NCBI GenBank assembly: GCA_964035575.1
Contig: OZ037846.1
Coordinates: 806,001-870,000 of the forward strand
Source of the DNA: Rhynchopus sp. YZ270_cl-10
Taxonomy: Eukaryota
Direction: 5' to 3'
DNA length: 64,000 bases
Shown: one piece after another, positions 47,967-59,809 of the stretch
How positions within the stretch are numbered: the first letter of the stretch is position 1
Layout of the letters: every line of letters starts with the position of its first letter
Notes under the pieces: generated by a model
Databases searched by the model: none
Told to the model about the DNA's origin: nothing
Seen by the model: only the letters and a program-made list of their open reading frames with translations
Translations under genes and position numbers: made by a program

Positions 47967-48903
47967 GACCCAATATCAAGGGATTTGACAATAGGAAATA
48001 GAAACGACGGAAGGGTGCGTGCCCGCCAGCTTGTGTTTTTCTCACTCACTGTTTTCTCTCTCTCTCTCTCTCATGCAATACACACTTCAAAAACACATCA
48101 AGCTTGCGGAGCGGTAAACGAAAAAGTTGTTTTTTTATTGGTTTCTTTTTACAGTTGGACAAGTAATATTGGAGACCAAAAAAGTCGCCAATTACAAGAA
48201 CCCCCCCAAAATCCGCCAATATTATTCGCCAAGTTTCTTGTCCAACTGTATTCGTAACCTGAAGTTAGTTTCTATTTTTTATTCCTACGAGCTTGCTTTA
48301 AAGGAGAAATAGTATTACCGGGTACGGTCGCCAAATCATTCCTCAAACAGGAGGATTGTGCAATCAACGAAAGCAACTTTACTTACCGATTCTACTATTT
48401 TCCCCCCACAAAAAAAGCGAGAAGTGACCTTGAGATTACCATTCTCAATTTTTTTTTTTTGAGAACAGCGTTCGGGCCCCTTGGGGACAGTATGTTATCA
48501 TCCTTGCCCCTACCCCGTGCCCTACCCTCATCTTATTTGTTGTTGTTTGCAAGGGATGAACTGCTTTCTGTTCTCCTGAATTTGGAAGTATATGAATCTA
48601 ATCTTTGAACGTTGTGAGGTGGAATTGGTGTGGCTGAAGGGGGGTGCTATTTTCTGCTATTTTCTGCTACTTTCTGCTATTTTCTGCTATTTTCTGCTAT
48701 TTTGGGGGTCTGGATTTTTTATATTTTTTGGCCGTGGTTTGGGCCTTTGCTAAAGGGAAGGGAAATGAGGGACTCCTGACCCCAGCCAGTCCCCAAAACA
48801 CCTACCAAAGATGCAGGACAACGTTTTTTTCGAGCAAAAAAGCGTAAAAATTAAGAGCAATTTTAGCAAAAAAATGTATTTTGTCCCGATATAGACCAGG
48901 TGC

Positions 48904-49699
48904 TGTACTGTGTACTGTGTACTGTGTACTGTGTACTGTGTACTGTGTACTGTGTACTGTGTACTGTGTACTGTGTACTGTGTACTGTGTACTGTGTACT
49001 GTGTACTGTGTACTGTGTACTGTGTACTGTGTACTGTGTACTGTGTACTGTGTACTGTGTACTGTGTACTGTGTACTGTGTACTGTGTACTGTGTACTGT
49101 GTACTGTGTACTGTGTACTGTGTACTGTGTACTGTGTACTGTGTACTGTGTACTGTGTACTGTGTACTGTGTACTGTGTACTGTGTACTGTGTACTGTGT
49201 ACTGTGTACTGTGTACTGTGTACTGTGTACTGTGTACTGTGTACTGTGTACTGTGTACTGTGTACTGTGTACTGTGTACTGTGTACTGTGTACTGTGTAC
49301 TGTGTACTGTGTACTGTGTACTGTGTACTGTGTACTGTGTACTGTGTACTGTGTACTGTGTACTGTGTACTGTGTACTGTGTACTGTGTACTGTGTACTG
49401 TGTACTGTGTACTGTGTACTGTGTACTGTGTACTGTGTACTGTGTACTGTGTACTGTGTACTGTGTACTGTGTACTGTGTACTGTGTACTGTGTACTGTG
49501 TACTGTGTACTGTGTACTGTGTACTGTGTACTGTGTACTGTGTACTGTGTACTGTGTACTGTGTACTGTGTACTGTGTACTGTGTACTGTGTACTGTGTA
49601 CTGTGTACTGTGTACTGTGTACTGTGTACTGTGTACTGTGTACTGTGTACTGTGTACTGTGTACTGTGTACTGTGTACTGTGTACTGTGTACTGTGTAC
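48904..49699. repeat. (TGTACTG)113 satellite
   Basis: Perfect 7-bp tandem array. Confidence 0.98.
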
Positions 49700-49822
49700 C
49701 TTATGATCCGTTTGTGGAGTGGGAGGGGGTTTCCGGTTTGCGGGCTGGCCAAGTTTCCTTCCCTCGTCCATCATGAGCCACACCACCACCCAGCAACCAA
49801 ACCCAAAAAAAACCCCCCAAAG

Positions 49823-49970
49823 TGCTATTTTCTGCTATTTTCTGCTATTTTCTGCTATTTTCTGCTATTTTCTGCTATTTTCTGCTATTTTCTGCTATTT
49901 TCTGCTATTTTCTGCTATTTTCTGCTATTTTCTGCTATTTTCTGCGATTTTCTGCTATTTTCTGCTATTT
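49823..49970. repeat. (TGCTATTTTC)n decamer array
   Basis: About 15 units; shorter arrays at 48646-48702 and 7286-7409. Confidence 0.95.
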
Positions 49971-50121
49971 TGGGGTCGTCAGCCACACCAGGAATTCTTT
50001 TTTTTTCCCCCCTTCTTTTTTCAATACATCTTTTCCGTTTTCTTTCCCCCTCTTTTGATTTGATTGAAAAGAATATCTTAATCACTTTCCCCCTCTTTTT
50101 CCCCCCCTTTTGTTGGACCTA

Positions 50122-50292
50122 CACGGTGGAGTCCGTCCGACTTGGAGTGAGTCAAAAAACAGACTCGCCCCCTGAGTCCTACAGTCGCTCTTCCATAAAA
50201 ATAAAACTCAAGGGGTCCGCTGTCGGACTCAGGGGGTCTGGCTAAAGGTCCGACCCAAAGGCTTCTGCCTTTTTCGGGCGGACTCCACCGTG
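50122..50292. mobile_element. Short CACG-terminated MITE with GACTC/GAGTC subterminal motifs
   Basis: TA|CACGGTGGAGTCCG ... CGGACTCCACCGTG|TA. Confidence 0.7.
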
Positions 50293-51414
50293 TACAGTAG
50301 GACGCTATATCACGGACGCGTTTTATTACGGGTAACTTAATGGGTGAGTATTGGTGTTGTCCATAATTATGCGTCCTCGTAATATAGCGCCCCACTGTAG
50401 AAGAAAGAAGCCTTTTGTCAGTCATCCCACCTCTTTTTTTTTTTAGATGTATGGACACGAAAGGCACATCTTTCAAAAAATTTGCTCTCATTTCTTATGA
50501 TTCAGGGGGTACGGACAACCCGTGGGAGAACCACGGAGAACTGCTAGGGGCTAACAGCCCCCCTTAACTGCCTGGGAAGGAGTAATTCGGACTGTCGGAC
50601 TCTTCTTAATTCTTCGGAATTATGCAAGACCACTGTCCAGCGGGATCAATAGGGACTGCCGCGCTTTGGGGAGAATCACGGAGAATCGGTTTGGTGAGCA
50701 CACCAATTTCCTTTAAATGGAAGTAGTGTCAGGAGGGTTTCAACATCCCGTGGATTGCCTGAGTCGACTGTTGTACAATATGCTTGTTTGCTGGGTATGT
50801 TGGACGTTGGGTCTATCTATAGGGGAGTGATTATTTTTTTGACTGACTCTCAATCGCGTCTCACAGACTGCTGTGTGTCTATGGAGACGATCATAGATCA
50901 CCCAACGTATGCCTTACCAAAATCTTTAAAAAAAAAATGTTGTTTTCGCAGCTTGTTCCCAAGTCTAGCGAGCTTTTTTCATCTGCGTATTTTTCTCGGC
51001 ACACTGTCACGAGAGGGCTTTGTATTTCAAGTCACAACTTTCTGATGTGTGTGTGTGTGCACGGCATATTTATCTTTTCAAGTGTTCTTCTTCTGTTTTT
51101 TGCTGTATTTTATTGACAACCTTTCTGTAGTGGTTATATTCACATATTACCTCATTCTGGAAAAAAAAACCCACCCCACCTCTTTTCCTTCTCCTTCTCC
51201 TTCTCCCCTTCCCTTCTCCCCTCTTTTCGTTTACAGCTTGATTTACAACAGAATACCAGACCCCCGCCCCCCCAAACTTTACCTACAGTCTACATACCTC
51301 CACTCTAGGCGTTTATTGCCAAATTTGGTGTGACAGAAAAAAACAACGGTCTCACCGCCCTCCCCCCATCCATCGATAGCAAACAGGAATTATAAATATA
51401 TCACAAAATACGCA

Positions 51415-52479
51415 ATGGCAAAATGGGCGAAAGTCGGTGCCGCAGCGGTTGGTGTTACAGGAGCGATGATTGCACTTTGCAACTACAACAAGCTTTTTGC
51501 TGCGAAGAAGAGTGGGGAGCGCCGTACCATCTACGTGGGTACACGCAAATCACCTCTCGCCATGGTGCAGACAGAGTTTGTCATTAGCGAGCTTCGCAAG
51601 CGCCACCCGCATTTGGAGTTCGAAATCCTGTCTCAGGAGACCAAAGGCGACCGCATCTTGGACGTCCCTCTCGCGAAGATTGGCGACAAAGGGCTCTTCA
51701 CCTCTGAGCTTGAGGCTCGCATGCATAACCACGAAATCGACATTGCAGTACACAGCTGCAAGGATCTCATGACAACCCTCACCCCTGGCCTCTGCATTGG
51801 AGCCTACCTGGAACGCCACCCCCGCGAGGACGTCTTCATCGTGAAGCGGTCTCATCAGGGCCGTTATAAGAGCATCTCTGATTTGCCTGCAGGGAGTGTG
51901 ATTGGGACATCGTCGCTCCGCCGCCGTGCGATGCTTGCGCACAAACACCCGGGGCTTATCTTCAAGGACATCCGAGGCAACATCGGGACCCGCCTGGCCC
52001 GTCTTGACGATGAGGCAAATGGATATGACGCAACCATCCTCGCGCACGCCGGGCTGCTCAGGATGGAGAGCACAGAGTACTCCTCAAGGATCACGCAGGT
52101 GCTGAAGGAGGAGGAGTACATGTATGCTGTGGCGCAGGGGATCCTCGCAGTGGAGTGCAGGGAGGATGACAAATGGCTTCTCGAAACCGTGTTGGGGCCG
52201 TTGAACCACAAAGACACACAGCACGAAGCCGAGGCAGAGCGTGGTTTGCTCCGTGGATTGGAGGGGGGGTGCCATGTGCCGCTTTCCTGCAGGTGTACCC
52301 GTGAAAATGGGCGTATCCTTCTTGAAGGTGCAGTGCTCGCCCTGGATGGGACGGAATGTGTGCGCGACTCCTTCTCTGGTTCGGAAAACGCAGCGACTGC
52401 GATTGGACACGAGCTCTCTCACCGTCTCAGCACGCAGGGAGGGAAAGAACTGTTGGAGCGTCTGCACACTGATAAATAG
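51415..52479 (+). CDS. hemC: Porphobilinogen deaminase / hydroxymethylbilane synthase, 354 aa, intronless
   Basis: GTRKSPLA, TKGD, GDKGLFTSELE, DIAVHSCKD, GTSSLRR, IRGN, AVAQG and LEGGC (cofactor-binding Cys) motifs. Confidence 0.98.
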   Translation: MAKWAKVGAAAVGVTGAMIALCNYNKLFAAKKSGERRTIYVGTRKSPLAMVQTEFVISELRKRHPHLEFEILSQETKGDRILDVPLAKIGDKGLFTSELEARMHNHEIDIAVHSCKDLMTTLTPGLCIGAYLERHPREDVFIVKRSHQGRYKSISDLPAGSVIGTSSLRRRAMLAHKHPGLIFKDIRGNIGTRLARLDDEANGYDATILAHAGLLRMESTEYSSRITQVLKEEEYMYAVAQGILAVECREDDKWLLETVLGPLNHKDTQHEAEAERGLLRGLEGGCHVPLSCRCTRENGRILLEGAVLALDGTECVRDSFSGSENAATAIGHELSHRLSTQGGKELLERLHTDK

Positions 52480-52657
52480 AGAAATTTTGATTTTTTCTTT
52501 TCTTTTTTTTCTTTTTTTTTGGGGGAAAAAAACTACCGTAGTGACAGTTGATGCATCTTTAATAGCCGTAAAATTATTTCCTCAAGCCAAAATCCTTCTA
52601 GGAGCGGAGTTTTAAGAATGCCATAATTGACGTCTGGAAATAATTGCAGTGGAGGTA

Positions 52658-52752
52658 TTTTAGCCGGGTTTCCCACACAAAAAATAATTACCGTGTAATT
52701 ATAGGAAATAATTACACGGTAATTATTTTTTGTGTGGGAAACCCGGCTAAAA
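52658..52752. repeat. Perfect palindrome (45-bp arms, AGGAA loop)
   Basis: TTTTAGCCGGGTTTCCCACACAAAAAATAATTACCGTGTAATTAT and its exact inverse. Confidence 0.95.
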
Positions 52753-52857
52753 AAAAAATCGCGATTTTTTTTCTTTTTTTCTTTTGTGAACACCCCGGGT
52801 TTGATACCTGTACCGCAGGCATTCCTCTGAGTCTAACGATTGATAATCAGAGCTCGG

Positions 52858-53590
52858 TTTGTTGTCAAAGACATCTTCCACCATGCATTGAGGAGGGTAA
52901 GACAGTGGTCGCAGTTTGTACTTGATAGCATTACAACATTTAACTTCTCCACGGGGGTCTTGGGCCGTTCACTCGGTTATACCTTGACCAGCGGAAGAGG
53001 CCTTTTTGGTCTCTAGAATATCCGGTATTCCCGAACGGAGGCACACTTTGTGTGTTACTACGACCTGGCAACTTCCAGCAGTAGGTTAAGTAATGCTTTC
53101 TTGTAAATTGTTGGATCATTTATCTCCTCAGTGCATGAATGCCCCACGTGACTGGACACTTTTGTGTTTGTCAAGTGGACTGTCTGGTCACTTCTCAGTG
53201 ACTGGCGGGTTGGCTGTGGTTGCCCTGTCACGACTTACCTGTGTACCTGTGTACCTGTGTACCTGTGTACCTGTGTACCTGTGTACCTGTGTACCTGTGT
53301 ACCTGTGTACCTGTGTACCTGTGTACCTGTGTACCTGTGTACCTGTGTACCTGTGTACCTGTGTACCTGTGTACCTGTGTACCTGTGTACCTGTGTACCT
53401 GTGTACCTGTGTACCTGTGTACCTGTGTACCTGTGTACCTGTGTACCTGTGTACCTGTGTACCTGTGTACCTGTGTACCTGTGTACCTGTGTACCTGTGT
53501 ACCTGTGTACCTGTGTACCTGGGTGACTGGGTACGTACCTGGGTAAATGTGACCAGGTGACCTGGTCAGACCTCTGACCAGCGCACCGTG
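52858..53590 (-). mobile_element. Partial element homologous to 34909-35670 (CACGGTG terminus, satellite, unique block)
   Basis: Inverted homology of the terminal CACGGTGCGCTGGTCAGAG motif and of ~320 bp beyond the satellite. Confidence 0.8.
53236..53520. repeat. (TACCTGTG)35 satellite (GGTACACA on the minus strand)
   Basis: Perfect 8-bp tandem array. Confidence 0.98.
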
Positions 53591-53640
53591 ACAGCACAGG
53601 CTGCCGAAAACGGATTTTGGCTTTCGGAAATAATTTTACG

Positions 53641-53813
53641 GCAATTAAATATCAAATTCCATGCAATTATTTCACAGAAAATTGCACTCGGAGGTGTATT
53701 TTTCACTCGTTTTGTTAATTGCACTCGCTGCGCTCGTGCAATTAACCACTCGTGAAAAAAACACCTCCTCGTAGCAATTATGGTGAAATAATTGCATAGT
53801 AATTAAATACTAT
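53641..53813. repeat. Imperfect AT-rich palindrome punctuated by direct CTCG motifs
   Basis: Arms fold around GCACTCGCTGCGCTCGTGC. Confidence 0.7.
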
Positions 53814-55546
53814 TTTTAATAGGTACACCGTAGCGTGAGGGCTTTGTCTTCCGAGTCAACTTTTGAAAGTTAGCCCCCCCTGTTGGGTGGTGTTGGGTAG
53901 TAGAATTTGATGAGGGTTGTTGATGCAACTAAAAAAATAGGGGGGTTCGGGTCTCATTTTTTGTGCCCTTTTTTTAAAGGGATTTCTGGTGGATATTGTG
54001 CTTTTTATATTTTGTGTGTGTGTTTTTTTTTTACAGAACATCTTTTAGTTGTCAGAACTAAAAAAGATTTGAGGCAGCGCTTTTGGGCAAAGAAAAACGG
54101 AAAACAAAAAAAAAGCATGCTTTTGTAATTTGTCTGTTTTGATTCACTTTGATTCACAAACACCAATTGCAGTTTCACACTTTTTTTCACTTTTTTTTTG
54201 TTACGCCCAGCTTTGAGCGCACAAACAAAGACCCGATCTTTTTTTTAAGGTGACTAAGCACGAGAGGCTTAGGGTCATCTTATAAACTTTTCTTTTCTTT
54301 TTTTTTAATGTGTATTTTTTGTAACGCATAACTAGCCTTTTGGGTGGGTTCACATGGGGTATATCATTCACTTTGGTGGACGAATTATTGATGCAACTGA
54401 TTTTTTTTTTCTTACCCACCAAGGGTCGACATGAAGGAGATGGTCTTGTTTAAAAAGTATAGTGGAGTTCATCCTCGGGTGTCTACACTAATACAACCAA
54501 GTTTTCAAAAAGTAAGAGAAAACCGAATGGAGCAGGAACATTGTGAATGCAACAATCTTTTTTTTCTTCTTCCTGCACGAAAAAAAAGAATGCGAAGGCA
54601 ATTTGTAGTGCGGTGGGTCTGTTTTTTGATGAGAGGATCTTTATTCCCCCCCCTATTTTGTAGGTACACTGTCACGAGAGGGCTTTGTCTTTCAAATCAC
54701 ATTTGTCTCCCCCCCCTCCCCACTGCTTACGGTTTTTTTTTACGTTATTTTTCTTTTACTTTGACTTCCTCAAAAAGACCCATCCACCCTCTCTCTCTCT
54801 CTTCTGCCATATTAACTGATAGAGTACGCAAGGGAATGTCCTTCTTGCCACCCCGCCTACCTCTCTGTATCACCTTACCCGCGTGTCGTTGTTTCTGTGT
54901 GTGTACAAAAAGAAAACGCGCTGCGGTACCCCCACGCGGCCGGAAGCTATGGAAGCGAAGAAAAAAGCACACCCTTTACGCCCATTTTTATCAGATGTAA
55001 ACTATGAAATGGATCTAGGGTCCACCACGGTCCAAGGTACACTGTTCACGAGAGGTCTTTGTATTTCAACTCTACCTTTTATATTTTTTTAAACCCCACT
55101 AACATCCACAACCCTCCATTCCCTCTCGCCCCTCCCCCCCCAGGGTGCGTAATAAGGAAGGTGGCCTGGGGTCTGGGGTCTGGGCTTTTGGGTTTTGGGG
55201 GGGTTTTTATGGTAATTTTTGTCATTTACCCTTGTATTGGGTATGGGTTCATATTTTGTGAAAATTTTAGTCATTAAAATTTTGTCCATTTTTCTGTATA
55301 TACCCCACCACAGAACGGGCGGATTCCGGAAATGCAAATGCCGATGTTTTCGGGCATTTTCATGTTTTCAGCATCAGGGAGAGAAAATCTGGGTTGTGGT
55401 ATTTACCTTGGCCCTCTTTACCCTACATGGATTTTGACCAAAACCAAGAACTTGTCCATTTCAGCAAATTGACCCCACCACAGAACGGACGGATTCCGAA
55501 AATGCAAATGCCGGTGTTTTCGGGCATTTTCATGTTTTCAGCATCC

Positions 55547-55996
55547 GGGGCCGGGGCCAGGGCCGGGGCCAGGGCCGGGGCCAGGGCCGGGGCCAGGGCC
55601 GGGGCCAGGGCCGGGGCCAGGGCCGGGGCCAGGGCCGGGGCCAGGGCCGGGGCCAGGGCCGGGGCCAGGGCCGGGGCCAGGGCCGGGGCCAGGGCCGGGG
55701 CCAGGGCCGGGGCCAGGGCCGGGGCCAGGGCCGGGGCCGGGGCCGGGGCCGGGGCCGGGGCCGGGGCCGGGGCCGGGGCCGGGGCCGGGGCCGGGGCCGG
55801 GGCCGGGGCCGGGGCCGGGGCCGGGGCCGGGGCCGGGGCCGGGGCCGGGGCCGGGGCCGGGGCCGGGGCCGGGGCCGGGGCCGGGGCCGGGGCCGGGGCC
55901 GGGGCCGGGGCCGGGGCCGGGGCCGGGGCCGGGGCCGGGGCCGGGGCCGGGGCCGGGGCCGGGGCCGGGGCCGGGGCCGGGGCCGGGGCCGGGGCC
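55547..55996. repeat. GGGGCC + (GGGGCCAGGGCC)15 + (GGGGCC)44; G-quadruplex-prone
   Basis: Direct count: dodecamers 55553-55732, pure hexamers 55733-55996. Confidence 0.97.
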
Positions 55997-56339
55997 GGGA
56001 CTACTGAGTTATACCCCGTGTGACCCTTTTCGAGATGGGGCCCCGGAAAAGCACACGTAAAACTGTACCCAAGAAAAGTCGTGAAAATTTAAACACCGAA
56101 AAACTTGTCCATTTTTTCAGAATGGCCCCACCACTTTCTGGGTGGACTCCGGAAACGCCGAAAAACGGGGTTTTGGGTGCAGTACTACCCCATCCCCTTA
56201 TTACGCACTAGGTTGTGGCCGGGGGTCTGGGGTCTGGGCTTTTTGGGCCGAAAACCCCCCTTTTTTATTACTCAGGCTGTCCCCCCCTCCCCCCACAAAC
56301 CAATCTCTAGCAAAAAAAAAATACCAAATATACCATACC

Positions 56340-57188
56340 ATGGCATGGCGTAGATATGCGGCAACGAGTGTAGGTGTTGTTGGAGGAGGGAGTTTGGTGT
56401 TTCTTCAACGGGACAGCCGCACATGCACCCCTGTTGTCAAGACTGCCGACGCCTTCTGCCCCTGCTCAACCACCGCACTTCTCTGCGCTGCCGCCAGCAC
56501 CGGCGTCGCTGCCAAACTTTTCTACTCCTACTGCGAACGCGTTTTAATCGAACAAGGCATCACCCTTCTACAACATATGGCAGAAGAAGGGGACCACGAC
56601 GCACGCTTTGCCATTGCGTGCATGATCCTTCAGTCAGGAGGCGTGGAAATGGCCAAACCCCATATGGTACGTTGCCTGAACTCCCCTGACTGCGCAGCGT
56701 TTTGCGCACTGCAGTACACCGACATCCCTGAGGCACAACGCAACGAGATGCTCATATCCGCCAAGGAGCAGATTGCGAATGACTTAAAGATGTATGCGCA
56801 GGCTTTGGGTGATGAGACTTCGTATTTGCCACCGACGCCTCCGGGGGCAAGGTCAGAGGATATGGACGAAGACGATAGAACGATCATGCAGCATGTGAGT
56901 CAGGAGTACATCAGGCAGACAGTGTCCGACACAGCGGCGCGGTTGTTGGATTCTGACTTCGCAGCCCTCTCGGATGAGGCTAGAGATGCAGCGTTGTTCG
57001 TCTGTGCGTCGCGGGGTATAACGTCGTTTTATGGCCTGTTAGCGCAGGAGGCCTTCGCAAAAGGCGACATGAAGCACGCAGACGAGTACAGCCTCGCCAT
57101 GCTCCGCCCCACAGCAAACCCAGCGCTCACAGCGCACCTCAAGGAGCTCTTTATCAGTGCGATTCAAAACCCGTCGTTTCCAGTATGA
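56340..57188 (+). CDS. Hypothetical 282-aa protein with Sel1/TPR-like helices, possibly mitochondrial
   Basis: First ATG at 56340 with coding-like composition; MAWRRYAATSVGVVGGGSLVFL N-terminus; Sel1-like LLQHMAEEGDHDARFAIA. Confidence 0.7.
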   Translation: MAWRRYAATSVGVVGGGSLVFLQRDSRTCTPVVKTADAFCPCSTTALLCAAASTGVAAKLFYSYCERVLIEQGITLLQHMAEEGDHDARFAIACMILQSGGVEMAKPHMVRCLNSPDCAAFCALQYTDIPEAQRNEMLISAKEQIANDLKMYAQALGDETSYLPPTPPGARSEDMDEDDRTIMQHVSQEYIRQTVSDTAARLLDSDFAALSDEARDAALFVCASRGITSFYGLLAQEAFAKGDMKHADEYSLAMLRPTANPALTAHLKELFISAIQNPSFPV

Positions 57189-59025
57189 GAGGGGGCACCC
57201 CCCCCACATCCCGCTCCCCGGTTTTTGGAATTCTGAAAAAAAATACTGATCAGGGTACTCACACTTTTTCTTTTGTTTCTTGTCCTTGGGTTTCCCAAAA
57301 ATCCGAGCGGGCGGGCGGGAAAAAAAAAGTGAAGCAAAAAAAAAAAAAGTGGAGGAAAAAAAAAAGTGAAGGGGGGAAAAAACCCTGTGCGGTATTTTTC
57401 CGCCCAAGAGGGCGTTTTGTTGCAGTTCCGAGCCAATCCCGGCTTGTGGTGGGGGATATTCGGAAAAATGGACAAAATTTCAGTGACTTAAATTTTCGTA
57501 CAATATGAACCCATACTCGTAAACAAGAGTCATTTTCAGTCTAATTCTGGAAATTTACCGGAAAATTCGGAAAATTCCGACATTTGGAAGCAACTTAGCA
57601 AGTTTTTCCCCTGAAAAAAGTGAGTTTTCAGCCCAAAACGTACCACGGTTGGCATTTCCGGAACCCGTCCGCGCTGTGGTGGCCAGGGTGGGGTCGCTTT
57701 ACCGAAATGGCCAAATTCTTGGTTTTGGTCAAAATCCATGTAGGGAAATCCCAAATCCAGATTTTCTCTCCCCGATCCTGACGTCTGAAAACACGAAGTG
57801 ACCGAAAACACCGGCATTTGCATTTCCGGAATCCGTCCGTTGTGTGGTGGGGTCAATTTGCCAAAATGGACAAGTTTTTGGTTTTGGTCAAAACCCGTCA
57901 GTGTAAGGTAAAGGGGGGCCAAGTGTTCGCCTGTAGAACTGGTAGAAAACAGGCAGCGCCGCAGGCGCACGTTACCAACTTTTTTACTCGTACCATTTTC
58001 TTTTGATTGCTCTCCACCGTGGGGCTCAGATTGGAGCGTGCAGTTCTCTACCTTGTGGGGATGTTGCAGTAGTCAGCAACACAGCGCCGCAGGCGCACGG
58101 TACGCTACTTTTTTTCTTTTTTGAAAACTTGGTTGTATTAGTGTAGACACCCGAGGATGAACTCCACTACTTGCCCGGCTACAACGTGCCAAATGCTCTG
58201 GTCACATGACCACGGGGGGTCATGCGGAGTCATCTACAACCTCCAAACCCCATTTTTCTCGGGGGTCACCATGTACCCCCGAACTCTGTGAAAATCCGGA
58301 TTTTTCTGGAAAAAATAATGGGGTGGACATGGTCCCACCCCGGTCCACCTTGGTGGAAACCCTGTACACTTTTTTTTTTTTTGCCCACTTTTTTTTTTTT
58401 TTCCTCCCTGAAAAATCCGAGCGGGCGGGGACAAGAAACAAAAGAAAAAGTGAGAGTACCCTCACCCCATAAAAAGTTTGTCCTTATAAGAATACTTATA
58501 TCTTTTGCGGGTACTAAAATTGCATTTTTCAGGGGGGGAAACAAAAGCCAACTATTTTTTTTTCTCGTGTTTTTTTTTAAATGTCACCTCATGAAGGAGG
58601 AAATAGAAGGCATTTTGAACATACCCTTGCGGTTCTAGGGACGAACTAAACCGCGCTGCAGAGCCACGCCTCACCAAACAGGTCGAGGTGTTGTGCGTTT
58701 CACCACAACCTCTCCCATGGGTTTTATCGTGTGATGAGTGTTAAGTTTCGATTTCCACTTTCTTCATTAACCACCGCTAAAAAAACACTGTGAATGTATG
58801 GGCCTATTTTCAAACACCCCCACCACCACAAACAGGAAGAGGTGCGTGCCCCCTTTGCGAACGAGATGATCGCCTGGTGGGTGTTGCAGCACAGCGCTGC
58901 CACAGTCAATCTGTGTATGTGCCCCTCTCCCCCTCCCTCATGTACCTCACGGCATTAGCGACCTTGTACCGACAACCCCCTTTGCGCAGCAGCTGTGCAG
59001 CCCCCCCCCCCTTTTTTTTATACAA

Positions 59026-59254
59026 CACGACGGTGAAGTATAGTACATTACAAGTGAAGTTACATGTAACGTTACAAGTGAAAAACCGTTACAAGTGAGT
59101 TACAAGTGAGTTACAAGTGGGATACATGAATTACAGGCAAAATCAGGTTGTAACTGGTGGGTTACAAGTGAGTTACAAGTGAGTTACATGTAACAAAAGT
59201 TACATGTAACTCACTTGTAACTCCACTTGTAACACCCGTTACTTCACCGTCGTG
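59026..59254. mobile_element. Short CACG-terminated MITE related to the ends of 34749-38883
   Basis: AA|CACGACGGTGAAGTA ... TACTTCACCGTCGTG|AA; interior is TTACAAGTGAG/GTTACATGTAAC repeats. Confidence 0.75.
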
Positions 59255-59809
59255 AAGAAAGATCGGGTCTTTTGTTTGTGCGCTCAAAGCCGGGTATACA
59301 AGACATGTGTGCAGGGATGCGTTCAAGAATTAAACTCTTCCCCCCAAACCCCCTTTCATCTCTAGTTTTCTTTATCCAAACGTTGAGTGGACGCGTAATA
59401 ATTTTTACATTGACCATACCAACCAAAGCCCTAAGCAGAGAGGCTTAGTATTTTATCTCAGGACGGCTCTCTTCTGTCACGCAATATTTTGCTTTTGTTT
59501 TTGTTTTTTTTTTCCCAATGATCCTCGATGAGAGAAAGCGGCTACAGAGCACATCTAGATGTTAACCTACAGAACCTACAGAAAATGTACCTAGAACTGC
59601 ATGGTTGGGGTCCACCCACGGTATACCCCCGGTCATGCCAAGGTACACTGTTCACGAGGAGGGTTTTTTTTCCCCATCAACCCCCTTTTTTCTTTCTTTT
59701 CAAAAAACATTCCAGGGAGTACAAAATGTTTTATTTACAGCATTCACAACACCAAAATGCTCCCTTTACACTCTCCACCACCCCACCACCCCACCACTCC
59801 ACAGGCACC

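Larger units (their letters stand above)
48626..49990. mobile_element. TG...CA element with 5-bp TSD carrying two satellites
   Basis: Perfect 12-bp TIR TGGTGTGGCTGA; TSD GGAAT. Confidence 0.85.

Noticed and set aside
48904..49699. Satellites as telomeric repeats
   Set aside because: Internal, embedded in TIR elements and unlike TTAGGG.
57252..58463. ~34-bp inverted pair (AGGGTACTC.CACTTTTTCTTTTGTTTCTTGTCC) as a transposon
   Set aside because: No target-site duplication and the interior is a patchwork of other repeats; boundaries unsupported.
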